Part shown: positions 8,252-18,511 of the stretch, one piece after another
Numbering within the stretch: the stretch's first letter is position 1
Layout of the letters: each line of letters opens with the position of its first letter
NCBI GenBank assembly: GCA_944377705.1
Contig: CALWFS010000001.1
Location: forward strand, 1-41,385
Length of the DNA: 41,385 nt
Reading direction: 5' to 3'
From: an uncultured Mediterraneibacter sp.
GTDB lineage: Bacteria; Bacillota; Clostridia; Lachnospirales; Lachnospiraceae
Notes under the pieces: model-generated
Seen by the model: only the letters and a program-made list of their open reading frames with translations
The model's database searches: none
What the model was told of the DNA's origin: nothing
Program-made: the position numbers and the translations under genes

Positions 8252-9514
8252 CTATTGTCTGCCCCAAGTCTTCAGCCCGTCCTCTGTCAGCCCTTCCTGA
8301 GCAAGCATTGTATTCAGGACGGAAATATCAGATGACAGGTCCCATGCTGTATCCTGGAACAGCTCGTCCAGCAGCTTTTCAAACGCCATATTCAGCGTAT
8401 CCAGAGTTTTCTCGATCTCCTGTTTAGATGAAATGATATTCTCTCCCTGCACAGGCTGCGCGTCCAGTTCCTCATACGCTTCCAAAAGCTTGATCGTAGT
8501 AGGGAGATAGTATTCCATCAGCTTCCGTATATCATCCACGGTATCCGGCTTCTGCTCCACCCGGTCAAAGATCCGGTCCACCAGCGTCTCCATCCTGGAA
8601 ATCTTTGCCGAAATCTCCTCGCCCGGTATGGCATCATTTGCTTCTCGGATCTTTCTCACGTATTCATCGCCCGCCTCGATGATCTTCTGAACTTCAGGGG
8701 AGAGCCTGGAATATTCCTGCTCCCTCTTCTGCGCGGCGGCTTCCCTCTCTGCCTTTTCCCTGCGTGTGCGCTCCATCAGCTCCATATACTGGCGGTACGC
8801 CCCATCACTGACCATAAGACAGGATTCCTGTTCATCCAGATGCCCCTGGCAGAACCATCCCTTTCCGATCATCTTCTTCAGATCTTTTACTACATTTTTC
8901 ACCGGACGCCCGGTCTTCTGCGACAACTCTTTGATATCACAGTATTCCCGATTCCCGATGAGTCCCACATATTTACGAAAACGGCTGACACTGCCCGCCA
9001 TTCTTGTCCCGGACACTGCCATCACCAGGAAAACAACAGTAAACAGGGCGAATGCCCCCGCTCCGATCCGAAGCAGCAGTTCCCACCCCGCTGCCAGGGC
9101 GCTGATACAAAGAAGCAGCAAAAAAATCAGAGATGCCGCGCCGAACACATACCCTGTTACCGCCAGAAAAATCCCTCCGATTTTCACGGAAGTCCCTTTC
9201 AGGAACAATGGACGCTGCTTTGTCTGCGCTGATGGGGCATACGCCCGCCCGCCCTGTCCCGTATGGTTCTGGAACTGCCTGTTTCCTGACGAATCCTGCC
9301 GATTTTCATTAGATTGGTCTCTGCTGTTTGGAGCAGCCGAAGCAGCCTCTCGGTACCATCCGCCATTTTTCAAGCTTTTGGACACATTGTCCATAGCTCG
9401 CCCCACTGTATCTGAAACTGTCTGATTTAATCTGCGGAAATCTCTGGAATCAACCGCATCCTGTATTGTCCTGCGTATCTCATCTCCGAACCGCTCCCAG
9501 TCATTATTTATCAT
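8252..9514 (-). CDS. XpaC-family (5-bromo-4-chloroindolyl phosphate hydrolysis) membrane protein
   Basis: Two hydrophobic helices; C-terminal YYLPTTIKLLEAY and DISVLNTML motifs; directly upstream of telA, as in xpaC-yaaN; GGGAGG RBS before ATG 9514. Confidence 0.8.
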   Translation of the reverse strand: MINNDWERFGDEIRRTIQDAVDSRDFRRLNQTVSDTVGRAMDNVSKSLKNGGWYREAASAAPNSRDQSNENRQDSSGNRQFQNHTGQGGRAYAPSAQTKQRPLFLKGTSVKIGGIFLAVTGYVFGAASLIFLLLLCISALAAGWELLLRIGAGAFALFTVVFLVMAVSGTRMAGSVSRFRKYVGLIGNREYCDIKELSQKTGRPVKNVVKDLKKMIGKGWFCQGHLDEQESCLMVSDGAYRQYMELMERTRREKAEREAAAQKREQEYSRLSPEVQKIIEAGDEYVRKIREANDAIPGEEISAKISRMETLVDRIFDRVEQKPDTVDDIRKLMEYYLPTTIKLLEAYEELDAQPVQGENIISSKQEIEKTLDTLNMAFEKLLDELFQDTAWDLSSDISVLNTMLAQEGLTEDGLKTWGRQ

Positions 9515-9535
9515 ACTTAGCCTCCCTGAAAACAC

Positions 9536-9594
9536 TTGACCGCCAAATGCTTTTATATCATAATCAGTTTAGCCAGTAGACTATGAAAAGTCAA
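9536..9594. promoter_or_regulatory. Overlapping opposite-strand sigma-A promoters for the RluA-family gene (+) and xpaC-telA (-)
   Basis: Plus strand TTGACC-N17-CATAAT (9536-9564); minus strand TTGACT-N17-TAAACT (9594-9566). Confidence 0.55.
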
Positions 9595-9647
9595 GAAACG
9601 GCACGCTAAATAACTCTGAAAACTGCTCATAATATAAGGAGGACTTT

Positions 9648-10349
9648 ATGAGACGCGATATTCACTCCCTTATTATATATGAAGATCCACATATCATTGT
9701 CTGCCACAAACCTGCAGGCGTCCCCACCCAGAGCGCCCGCATCAGCACCCCTGATATGGAAAGCATGCTGAGAAACTATTTATGCGGCGGATATCTGGCA
9801 GTCATCCACCGTCTTGATCAACCGGTGGAAGGTCTCCTTGTTTTTGCCAAGAGCCCAAAAGCAGCCAAAGAATTAAACCGCCAGCTTACCACCTCCGGTT
9901 TCGGGAAATATTACCGCGCTATCATCGCTGGTATCCCCGAGCCGTCTGAAGGTACACTGGAGGATTATCTGGTGAAGGATGCCCGCTCCAATACAGCCCG
10001 CATCTGCACAAAAAATACACCCGGCGCAAAAGCTGCCAGGCTTCATTACAAGATTGAAAAAATATACCGGGATACTTCCCCTGTCACATCTCTTGTGGAG
10101 ATCCGTCTTGACACCGGCCGGCATCACCAGATACGGGTACAGATGGCGCACCTGGGGTGTCCCCTTGTAGGCGACCGGAAATACGGCGCTGTCTATCCCG
10201 ATCCCGGTCACACAGCCCCGGCAGAAAACATAAGCCAGGCTCATGAAGGGAATACAGGGCCTCTAAGGCTTTGTGCATACCGGCTGGAATTCAAGCATCC
10301 CGTAAGCGGGGAACAGAAGACATTCCTGCTGCCTGAAAATTTGTGGTAA
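9648..10349 (+). CDS. RluA-family RNA pseudouridine synthase (no S4 domain)
   Basis: HKPAG, IHRLD (catalytic Asp), TGRHHQIRVQMAHLGCPLVGDRKYG. Confidence 0.92.
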   Translation: MRRDIHSLIIYEDPHIIVCHKPAGVPTQSARISTPDMESMLRNYLCGGYLAVIHRLDQPVEGLLVFAKSPKAAKELNRQLTTSGFGKYYRAIIAGIPEPSEGTLEDYLVKDARSNTARICTKNTPGAKAARLHYKIEKIYRDTSPVTSLVEIRLDTGRHHQIRVQMAHLGCPLVGDRKYGAVYPDPGHTAPAENISQAHEGNTGPLRLCAYRLEFKHPVSGEQKTFLLPENLW

Positions 10350-10542
10350 ATCTGGATTTGTCGGGGAGCCTGGGATTGAGTATAGGCTTCGAAAATCACA
10401 GCCCCATTTAAACCGTTTTTCGCGGCAAACGGGGACGCGGCATCCCTGCCGCATCCCCGTTCGCTGCAAATACGTCCCGAAACCTCGTGTGTTTATCGGA
10501 CGCTTTGTTCATCACCTGTTCCCGCACACAAATCCAGATTTA
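10347..10542. mobile_element. Putative MITE-like element with 15 bp terminal inverted repeats
   Basis: TAAATCTGGATTTGT (10347-10361) and ACAAATCCAGATTTA (10528-10542) are perfect inverted repeats with TA at both ends; internal GC-rich hairpin at 10422-10467. Confidence 0.6.
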
Positions 10543-10827
10543 CATTTCATCTGCTACTGCTTCGTCCTCTTCCTCCATTGCTTCCTCATATCTGTTCAGG
10601 ATGATTGTCTGAATCCGCTCCCTTGTCCCTGAATTGATGGGATGAGCGATATCACGATACTCGCCGTCCAGCGATTTCTTACTGGGCATAGCGATGAACA
10701 TTCCTTTTTCTCCCTCTATAACTTTAATGTCATGAACTACAAATTCATCATCGATCGTGATCGATACAACCGCCTTTAATTTTCCCTCTTTTGCTACTTT
10801 ACGTACTCGTACATCTGTGATCTGCAT
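10540..10827 (-). CDS. spoVG: Septation regulator SpoVG
   Basis: [37 protein letters not shown]. Confidence 0.97.
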   Translation of the reverse strand: MQITDVRVRKVAKEGKLKAVVSITIDDEFVVHDIKVIEGEKGMFIAMPSKKSLDGEYRDIAHPINSGTRERIQTIILNRYEEAMEEEDEAVADEM

Positions 10828-10919
10828 ACCCTCAGTTCTCCTTTCTCATGTGCATCTTCCGCAGGCAGTCAGAGCATCCTCTGTGCCGCCTGCCTCGGCT
10901 TACCTTATCCCCCGTAAGT

Positions 10920-12038
10920 CTATAAAGCATATCTTTCATTTTTTTCTACTACTACTTTGACACCATTTTCTCCGACATGCCTTGTGTTCGCCCTGATCGT
11001 GTCACGACTCTCGACAATACAGTTCTCAATATACGTATTGTCACCCAGGTACACGTCGTTGAGGATGATGGAATTTTTGATCACACAGTTATTTCCGACA
11101 AAGACTTTCTTGAAAATCACGGAATTTTCTATTGTTCCGTTGATGATACTCCCGCTGCCCACCAGGCTGTTCTTCACGACTGCGCCTGGATTGTATTTTG
11201 CAGGCGGCTGGTCGCTCACCTTGGAGTAAACTGCCGGGAGCTCCCTGAAGAAATAGTTTCTCACATCCGGTTTCAGGAAGTCCATATTCGTCTGATAATA
11301 TGCGTCCACGGTTGAAATGTTGCTCCAATAGCTGTTTATTTTGTATCCGTATATCTTCTTCAGGTTCTTATAACGGATCAGGACATCATTTACAAAATCA
11401 TGCCTCTCCTCCTCCGCACAGTGCTCGATCAGGTCAATGAGCTGCCTCCTGCGGATTACATAGATTCCTGTGGACACGGTCTGGGAGTGCGCCACCATGG
11501 GTTTTTCTTCGAATTCCTCAATCCGGCAGCTCTCATTCATGCGGATGGTTCCGAATCTGGTCGCGTCTTCATCCGGTCCCAGCTCCTTACACACCACCGT
11601 GATATCCGCTTTTTTGGCGATATGGTATTCCAGCACCTTATTATAATCCAGCTTGTACACCGCGTCGCCGGAGGTAATGATCACATATGGTTCATGGCAC
11701 TTTCTCAGGAAGTCAAGATTCTGATAGATGGCGTCTGCCGTGCCTCTGTACCAGTACCCGTTATCAACAGTGATCGTAGGTGTAAATACGAACAGACCTC
11801 CCTGCTTCCTTCCGAAATCCCACCACTTGGAAGAGTTCAGATGCTCATTAAGAGACCTTGCATTATACTGTGTCAGCACCGCGACTTTCTGAATATGAGA
11901 ATTCGTCATATTGCTCAGCGCAAAATCAATCGCCCGGTAACTTCCCGCTATAGGCATCGCAGCCACAGCCCGCTTCGCAGTCAGCTCGTGCATCTTCCGG
12001 TTATTTCCGCCTGCCAGGATAATTCCTACCGCTCTCAT
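10920..12038 (-). CDS. glgD: Glucose-1-phosphate adenylyltransferase subunit GlgD
   Basis: [11 protein letters not shown] and [11 protein letters not shown] motifs, C-terminal beta-helix repeats; ATGA overlap with glgC. Confidence 0.92.
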   Translation of the reverse strand: MRAVGIILAGGNNRKMHELTAKRAVAAMPIAGSYRAIDFALSNMTNSHIQKVAVLTQYNARSLNEHLNSSKWWDFGRKQGGLFVFTPTITVDNGYWYRGTADAIYQNLDFLRKCHEPYVIITSGDAVYKLDYNKVLEYHIAKKADITVVCKELGPDEDATRFGTIRMNESCRIEEFEEKPMVAHSQTVSTGIYVIRRRQLIDLIEHCAEEERHDFVNDVLIRYKNLKKIYGYKINSYWSNISTVDAYYQTNMDFLKPDVRNYFFRELPAVYSKVSDQPPAKYNPGAVVKNSLVGSGSIINGTIENSVIFKKVFVGNNCVIKNSIILNDVYLGDNTYIENCIVESRDTIRANTRHVGENGVKVVVEKNERYAL

Positions 12039-13309
12039 ACTCTGTCACCTGCCTTTATCAATGTCTCTCCGCTCTCCAGCACACCGTTATCGTAATCCTC
12101 GATGGAGGTCACTCCGCTTATCGCGGTGTTCTTCCCGATCTGGACCCCCGGCGGGATCACCGAATTTTCTCCGATGGTTGCCAGCCCGCCGCTGTAAATA
12201 TTCGGTTTCATCTTGTTCGGCACTTCACTTCCGATACCGATCACAGCGCCATTTCCAACCACTGTATCTTCTGCAATGATCGCTTTCTCGATCACACAGT
12301 TTTCTCCGATATTCACTCCCTGCATGATAATGGAGTCGCGCACCACGCTTCCCTTACCGATTGTGACGCCGCTGCCCAGCACGGAGCTGTGCACTTCCCC
12401 ATAGATCTCGGATCCGTTACTGATGATGCAGCGGTCTACAACACCCTGATCTGAGATATACTGTGGCGGGATGCTCGCGCTGTTCGTATATATTTTCCAG
12501 AATTCTTCATACAGATTAAACTCCGGAATAATATCGATCAGCTCCATATTGGCTTCCCAGTAAGAACTGAGCGTTCCCACATCTTTCCAATAGCCATTGT
12601 ATTCGTAGGCAAAAAGCCTGTCCCCTTTTCCGTGACAGTAAGGAATGATATGTTTTCCGAAATCACAGTTCGGCTGGTCTTTCAGCTTGATCAGCGCATC
12701 CCTGAGCACCGGCCAGCTGAAGATGTAAATCCCCATGGAAGCCAGGTTGCTGCTCGGCTTTTCCGGCTTCTCCTCGAATTCTTTAATCCGGTTCTCGCTG
12801 TCTGTCACAACGATTCCAAACCGGCTCGCCTCCTCGATCGGCACGGGCATTGCCGCGATAGTAACATCCGCTTTGTTTGCCTTATGAAAATCGAGCATGA
12901 CCTCGTAATCCATCTTATAAATATGATCCCCTGAAAGGATCAGAACATAATCCGGATTGTATGTCTCCATATAGTTCAGATTCTGATAGATCGCATTCGC
13001 CGTGCCTGTGTACCACTCGCTGTTCGAGCTCTTTTCATAGGGCGGCAGGATAGATACTCCTCCGACGTTTCTGTCCAGATCCCACGGGATACCAATCCCG
13101 ATATGCGTGTTCAGGCGCAGCGGCTGATACTGCGTCAGCACGCCCACAGTGTCGATTCCCGAATTGATACAGTTACTCAGCGGGAAATCAATGATCCGAT
13201 ACTTGCCGCCAAATGCAACGGCAGGCTTAGCAACCTTTGCTGTAAGGACCCCCAGTCGACTGCCCTGTCCACCCGCCAGCAGCATGGCAATCATTTCCTT
13301 TTTGAACAT
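12035..13309 (-). CDS. glgC: Glucose-1-phosphate adenylyltransferase
   Basis: [49 protein letters not shown]. Confidence 0.96.
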   Translation of the reverse strand: MFKKEMIAMLLAGGQGSRLGVLTAKVAKPAVAFGGKYRIIDFPLSNCINSGIDTVGVLTQYQPLRLNTHIGIGIPWDLDRNVGGVSILPPYEKSSNSEWYTGTANAIYQNLNYMETYNPDYVLILSGDHIYKMDYEVMLDFHKANKADVTIAAMPVPIEEASRFGIVVTDSENRIKEFEEKPEKPSSNLASMGIYIFSWPVLRDALIKLKDQPNCDFGKHIIPYCHGKGDRLFAYEYNGYWKDVGTLSSYWEANMELIDIIPEFNLYEEFWKIYTNSASIPPQYISDQGVVDRCIISNGSEIYGEVHSSVLGSGVTIGKGSVVRDSIIMQGVNIGENCVIEKAIIAEDTVVGNGAVIGIGSEVPNKMKPNIYSGGLATIGENSVIPPGVQIGKNTAISGVTSIEDYDNGVLESGETLIKAGDRV

Positions 13310-13528
13310 TGCGTCACCTCATTTCTAGTTAGATGTATTCATTATACCATATATTTCTTTTTATCCAATAATAATTTACAATTTTTTCTTATTTTTTTTA
13401 AACTTTTTATTGATTTTACACAAAAAGAACCGCTTTTAATTTTTATCATATATAGTATAATATAAAAGACTGAGATAAATTATGACTAAAAAATCAAAAT
13501 TTAGAAAATAAAGAGAAGAGGAATCCAC

Positions 13529-14905
13529 ATGTACAGAATTGATTTTAATCATCCGATGCACATCCATTTTATCGGGATCGGAGGCATCAGCATGAGCGGT
13601 CTTGCTGAGATCCTGCTTAAAGAGGGATTCACAGTATCCGGCTCTGACACAAAGGAGTCCCCGCTTACAAAAAGGCTGGAATCTGAGGGCGCTCATATCA
13701 TTTATGGTCAGAGGGCGGAGAACATCACACCCGGCATCGGCTGCGTTGTCTATACCGCGGCAATCCACCGCGGCAATCCGGAGCTGATCGAGGCTGTTGC
13801 CCGGAAGATTCCCATGCTGACACGCGCGGAACTCCTGGGACAGCTCATGAAAAATTACGACACTCCCATCGCAGTGTCCGGCACTCACGGAAAGACAACC
13901 ACAACTTCCATGATTTCCCATATCCTTCTCGATGCAGATATGGACCCGACCATTTCCGTGGGAGGTATCCTGAAAGCAATCGGAGGGAATATCCGGGTAG
14001 GAAGCTCCGGTACTTTCATTACAGAAGCGTGCGAATACACCAACAGCTTCCTTCACTTTTTCCCAAAGATCAGCGTGATCTTAAATATAGAAGAAGACCA
14101 TCTGGATTTCTTTAAGGATCTTGAAGATATCCGCCATTCCTTCCATCAGTTTGCGGCCCTCCTCCCGGACGACGGCACTCTTGTCATTAATGGAGATATT
14201 AAAGATTATCCTGAAATATACAGCGGGCTTTCGTGCAATGTGGTGACTTATGGTTCCTCCAGCGATTTTGATTACAGTGCGGACAATATTACCTACGATG
14301 AAAACGGACACGTTTCCTTTGACCTGATTCTCCACGGGGAAAAGACGGATCATATCCGGCTCTCCGTAACAGGAGACCACAATGTGTCCAACGCGCTCTC
14401 CGCCATCGCTGTCGCAGATCTCCTGGACATCCCGATGGAAATCACGAAGAAGGGGCTTCTTTCCTTTACAGGAACAGACCGGCGCTTTGAGTACAAAGGC
14501 GAGTTTAACGGCGTGACCGTAGTGGATGACTACGCGCACCATCCCACAGAAATCGAAGCCACCCTTAAAGCGGCTCAACATTCTCCACACAACAATGTAT
14601 GGTGTGTGTTCCAGCCCCATACTTACACCCGCACAAAGGCATTTTTCCATGAGTTTGCCGAAGCGCTCTCCCATGCGGATCACCTGATCCTTGCTGATAT
14701 CTATGCGGCGAGGGAGACAGACACGCTTGGAATTTCTTCCGCTGATCTTGCGAAAGAGACAGAAAAACTCGGTACGGACACTCATTATTTCCCGAGTTTT
14801 GGAGAGATCGAGGCATTTTTAAAAGAGAACTGCCGTCCCGGCGACCTGCTCATCACAATGGGCGCAGGCGATGTAGTGTCAGTGGGAGAAGACCTGCTCC
14901 GCTAG
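13529..14905 (+). CDS. murC: UDP-N-acetylmuramate--L-alanine ligase
   Basis: HFIGIGGISMSG, GTHGKTTTT, DDYAHHPTEI, FQPHTYTRT, MGAGD. Confidence 0.97.
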   Translation: MYRIDFNHPMHIHFIGIGGISMSGLAEILLKEGFTVSGSDTKESPLTKRLESEGAHIIYGQRAENITPGIGCVVYTAAIHRGNPELIEAVARKIPMLTRAELLGQLMKNYDTPIAVSGTHGKTTTTSMISHILLDADMDPTISVGGILKAIGGNIRVGSSGTFITEACEYTNSFLHFFPKISVILNIEEDHLDFFKDLEDIRHSFHQFAALLPDDGTLVINGDIKDYPEIYSGLSCNVVTYGSSSDFDYSADNITYDENGHVSFDLILHGEKTDHIRLSVTGDHNVSNALSAIAVADLLDIPMEITKKGLLSFTGTDRRFEYKGEFNGVTVVDDYAHHPTEIEATLKAAQHSPHNNVWCVFQPHTYTRTKAFFHEFAEALSHADHLILADIYAARETDTLGISSADLAKETEKLGTDTHYFPSFGEIEAFLKENCRPGDLLITMGAGDVVSVGEDLLR

Positions 14906-14916
14906 GTCTGCGGGAG

Positions 14917-14948
14917 TTATCCACACTTTCTACACATAGTTATCTACA
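14917..14948 (+). promoter_or_regulatory. DnaA box cluster upstream of dnaD-dnaC
   Basis: Perfect TTATCCACA at 14917-14925; one-mismatch TTATCTACA at 14940-14948; degenerate copy between them. Confidence 0.6.
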
Positions 14949-15148
14949 AAAAAACGGGAGTTTCCCACGAAAAAATACTTTTAGCCCGGGTGATAAAATG
15001 ATATATTATTCATAACAGCAGAAAATGCCGAAGATGTGTTTTCTGGAAGTAAAAGGGGAAAGCGGAACATAACAGGTCCGCTTTCCATTTTACACTTTAC
15101 GAATTTTATATTTTACTAAAGCGAATGAAGAAAGCGGGACGGGATATT

Positions 15149-16198
15149 ATGAAGACATTGACACTAAAAAACAAATTTCAGACAAATGCGACTCTGCTGC
15201 CGAATGATTTTATCGATAACTATATGATCGATGCAAACGGCGAGTTTGTGAAGGTATATCTTTTCCTTCTGAGACACCTGGACGATCCGTGTTTGTCCCT
15301 GACACTTACAGCGATTGCAGACTGTCTGAACAATACGGAGGCAGATATTCTGCGCGCCTTCCGATACTGGGAAAAAAAGGGACTCCTGCGCGCAGAGCGG
15401 GATTCGGATGGTAAGATCACTGCACTTGAGCTCCAGAAGATGTCACTGTCAGGAGGTGATCCCGCCGGATCACCACAGACAGATCTGCCTTCCCGGGCAG
15501 AACAGCCCGTCTGCGCGTCTTCCCCGTCAAGAACTGAGAAAGCTGTGCCTATCGACAGCCTCCGCGCCCAGAAAGAGATCAAATCTCTCCTGTTTATCGC
15601 AGAACAGTATTTGGGCAAAACACTGACGCATACAGAAATGGAAACGATCACTTATTTTTATGATACACTCCATATGTCAGCAGACCTGATCGAATATCTG
15701 ATCGAGTCCTGCGTGGAAAACGGTCACAAGAGCATGCATTATATCCGCAAGGTCGCTTTCTCATGGGTGGAGGAAGGCATTGAGACCGTTTCCCAGGCAA
15801 AAGAACAGTCCGCTCTCTATAATAAGAGCTGTTACACTGTGCTCAACGCGTTTGGGATCAAGAACCGCGGGCCGGCATCCTCAGAACTTACATATATCAG
15901 GAAATGGGCAGAGGAATACGCTTTCTCCACGGATATCATAGCGGAGGCATGCAGGCGCACGATCACCGCCACCCATCAGCCCAGCTTTGAATATGCGGAC
16001 TCCATCCTGACAAAATGGCACGAAAAAAATATCCGCCATCTGAAGGATATAGCTCCTTTGGACGAGGAATACCAGAAAGAGCGCACCGCGGGCAGGACTG
16101 CTTCAAGACCCAGGGCTTCCACAAGGAACCTGAACAACTTTGAGCGGCGCAGCTATGATATGGAGTCCCTTGAGGAGCAGTTATTGAACAGTAATTAG
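15149..16198 (+). CDS. DnaD/DnaB-domain replication protein
   Basis: N-terminal LPNDFIDNYM...VKVYLFLL; two DnaB_2-like repeats (YIRKVAFSW, YADSILTKW); upstream of a DnaC-like ATPase; in-frame upstream ATG at 15125 also possible. Confidence 0.85.
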   Translation: MKTLTLKNKFQTNATLLPNDFIDNYMIDANGEFVKVYLFLLRHLDDPCLSLTLTAIADCLNNTEADILRAFRYWEKKGLLRAERDSDGKITALELQKMSLSGGDPAGSPQTDLPSRAEQPVCASSPSRTEKAVPIDSLRAQKEIKSLLFIAEQYLGKTLTHTEMETITYFYDTLHMSADLIEYLIESCVENGHKSMHYIRKVAFSWVEEGIETVSQAKEQSALYNKSCYTVLNAFGIKNRGPASSELTYIRKWAEEYAFSTDIIAEACRRTITATHQPSFEYADSILTKWHEKNIRHLKDIAPLDEEYQKERTAGRTASRPRASTRNLNNFERRSYDMESLEEQLLNSN

Positions 16199-16211
16199 AA
16201 GGAGTCTTCCA

Positions 16212-17210
16212 ATGGCACTGAAAAATTCACAATACTATGCGATCATGCGGGAGTACGAGCAGCGGCAGCTTAAGAACCATGATATCCAGACTGCCCGCTA
16301 CGAGGAAGTATACAAAAAGCTTCCCGAGTTCAAATCCCTGGATGAATCCATATCCATCCTTTCCGTCCAGTACGGGAAAAAATTACTCAACGGGGACAGC
16401 CACGCGCTGGATTCCCTGAGGGAAGAGCTGGAGATCCTGCGCAGCAGCAAAAAGGATCTTCTTGTCTCCGCCGGCTTCCCGGAGGACTATCTGGAACCGG
16501 TCTACGACTGTCCGGACTGCAGGGACACCGGGTATATCGGGAACCAGAAATGCCACTGTTTCAAAAAGGCTGTCATCAGACTTTTATACGAGCAGTCCAA
16601 TATACGGGAATTCCCCTCCGAGGCGGCTTTTGAGAATTTCCGTCTTGATTTTTATTCCCCGTCCCTTTATGATAAAACAACCGGGAGGAGCGCCCGCGCT
16701 ATGATGGAGGACACGCTCAGGATCTGCCACCGCTTTATCGATACTTTCGGGAAGGAGTTCCAAAATCTCTTTTTTTACGGCAGCGTTGGCGTAGGAAAGA
16801 CCTATCTTTCCACCTGCATTGCCCGCGAGATCATGAACAGAGAATTTTCTGTGCTCTACTTCTCAGCGCCCCAGCTTTTCAGCGCGCTCTCACAGTCGAA
16901 GTTCGACCGGGCTGATGTGGACGCAAAAAATATAAACGACTTCATCTTCAACTGTGATCTCCTGATCATTGACGATCTGGGGAGTGAATATACAAATGCC
17001 TTTATTGCCGCACAGTTTTTCTCCTGCATCAATGAAAGGCTTTTACACAGAAAATCAACGATCATCTCAACAAACCTGTCACTGGAATCCATCGCGGATC
17101 TCTACACAGAACGTTCCTTTTCCAGGATCACCAGCAGCTATACATTGTTGAAGATCATCGGTGATGATATACGCATCAAGAAAAAGTTAAAAAACAGGGA
17201 GGAACATTGA
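16212..17210 (+). CDS. DnaC/DnaI-family helicase-loader ATPase
   Basis: CPDC...CHC zinc motif; Walker A GSVGVGKT; Walker B LLIIDDLG; TIISTNL. Confidence 0.88.
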   Translation: MALKNSQYYAIMREYEQRQLKNHDIQTARYEEVYKKLPEFKSLDESISILSVQYGKKLLNGDSHALDSLREELEILRSSKKDLLVSAGFPEDYLEPVYDCPDCRDTGYIGNQKCHCFKKAVIRLLYEQSNIREFPSEAAFENFRLDFYSPSLYDKTTGRSARAMMEDTLRICHRFIDTFGKEFQNLFFYGSVGVGKTYLSTCIAREIMNREFSVLYFSAPQLFSALSQSKFDRADVDAKNINDFIFNCDLLIIDDLGSEYTNAFIAAQFFSCINERLLHRKSTIISTNLSLESIADLYTERSFSRITSSYTLLKIIGDDIRIKKKLKNREEH

Positions 17211-18394
17211 TGTTACGCCGAACAGAACGAATCTTAGAAAATATTCCGGTAGGAAGCCTCGGGCTTATTTCTCTTACAGGCTGTGAAGAACTTGGGAAAA
17301 AAGTAGATGATTATCTGGTGCAATGGCGGCATGAAAGCGCAGATGATTATCGTGACGACATTGCTTTTTCCGGATATGAAAAGGATACCTTTCTCATCGA
17401 CGCGCGCGTGCCGCGCTTTGGCTCCGGCGAGGCAAAAGGAATACTGGGCGAGTCCGTCAGGGGAAAAGATCTGTACCTGATGGTGGATGTGTGCAATTAC
17501 AGCGTTACCTATTCCCTCACGGGCAAGACAAATCACATGTCACCGGATGACCATTTCCAGAATTTAAAGAGAGTTATCGCGGCCGTCGGCGGTAAAGGCA
17601 GACGCCTCAATGTCATCATGCCGTTCCTGTATGAAAGCCGACAGCACAAAAGAAGCTCCCGCGAGTCTCTGGACTGCGCTCTTGCGCTCCAGGAGCTCGT
17701 CCGCATGGGTGTAGAGAATATCATCACCTTTGACGCCCATGATCCAAGAGTCCAGAATGCCATTCCGTTAAGCGGATTCGAGACAGTCTCCCCGACGTAT
17801 CAGTTTATCAAAGGACTGCTCCGCACCGTGAAAGATCTTAAGATCGACAGCGACCATATGATGGCGATCAGCCCGGACGAAGGCGCTACCAACCGCGCCA
17901 TCTATCTTGCAAACGTGCTCGGCCTCGACATGGGTATGTTTTACAAGCGCCGCGATTATACCCGGATTGTAAACGGACGCAATCCCATTGTGGCGCATGA
18001 GTTCCTGGGCAGCTCTGTGGAAGGCAAGGATGTGATCATTATTGACGATATGATCTCCTCCGGCGACAGCATCCTGGATGTTGCCACAGAATTGAAGCGC
18101 AGGAAAGCGAAGCGGATCTATGCGGCAGCTACCTTCGGGCTGTTTACAAACGGTATGGAGAAGTTCGATAAAGCGTATGAGGACGGGATCATAAGCGGCA
18201 TCCTTACTACGAACCTGATTTATCAGACACCGGAGCTCCTCTCCAAGCCCTATTATATAAACTGTGACATGAGCAAATACATCGCTCTCATCATTGACAC
18301 GCTGAACCACGATGGGTCCATCAGTTCTATCTTAAGCCCGAATGAACGGATCCAGCACGTTATTCAGAAATATAAAAACGGAGAGCCGGTATAA
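17207..18394 (+). CDS. prs: Ribose-phosphate pyrophosphokinase
   Basis: FGSGE, MPFLYESRQHK, ISPDEG, IIIDDMISSGDS (PRPP-binding motif); start is TTG 17207 or ATG 17210 overlapping the upstream stop. Confidence 0.9.
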   Translation: MMLRRTERILENIPVGSLGLISLTGCEELGKKVDDYLVQWRHESADDYRDDIAFSGYEKDTFLIDARVPRFGSGEAKGILGESVRGKDLYLMVDVCNYSVTYSLTGKTNHMSPDDHFQNLKRVIAAVGGKGRRLNVIMPFLYESRQHKRSSRESLDCALALQELVRMGVENIITFDAHDPRVQNAIPLSGFETVSPTYQFIKGLLRTVKDLKIDSDHMMAISPDEGATNRAIYLANVLGLDMGMFYKRRDYTRIVNGRNPIVAHEFLGSSVEGKDVIIIDDMISSGDSILDVATELKRRKAKRIYAAATFGLFTNGMEKFDKAYEDGIISGILTTNLIYQTPELLSKPYYINCDMSKYIALIIDTLNHDGSISSILSPNERIQHVIQKYKNGEPV

Positions 18395-18408
18395 CCGGCT
18401 CTTCTTTC
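18383..18408 (+). terminator. Probable terminator overlapping the prs stop codon
   Basis: GAGCCGGT-ATA-ACCGGCTC followed by TTCTTT. Confidence 0.55.
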
Positions 18409-18511
18409 CGTTAAATGCACTTTCCCGTCAACCGCGCCCTTTCGCGCCGGGCGGCAATGGGCGGCATATTGTAATCAGTATCCGCGCAGCTGCGGATCGT
18501 CACGGACCTTT

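Noticed and set aside
7053-9514. xpaC-telA as part of the adjacent three-gene cassette
   Set aside because: Separated by a terminator and a separate promoter, has host-like base composition, and is a well-known widespread gene pair.
14906-15148. Replication origin (oriC)
   Set aside because: Only two or three DnaA boxes and no dnaA/dnaN context.
15149-17210. Prophage or IS21 replication module (DnaD plus IstB-like ATPase)
   Set aside because: Embedded between murC and prs with a coupled stop/start; no phage genes or istA.
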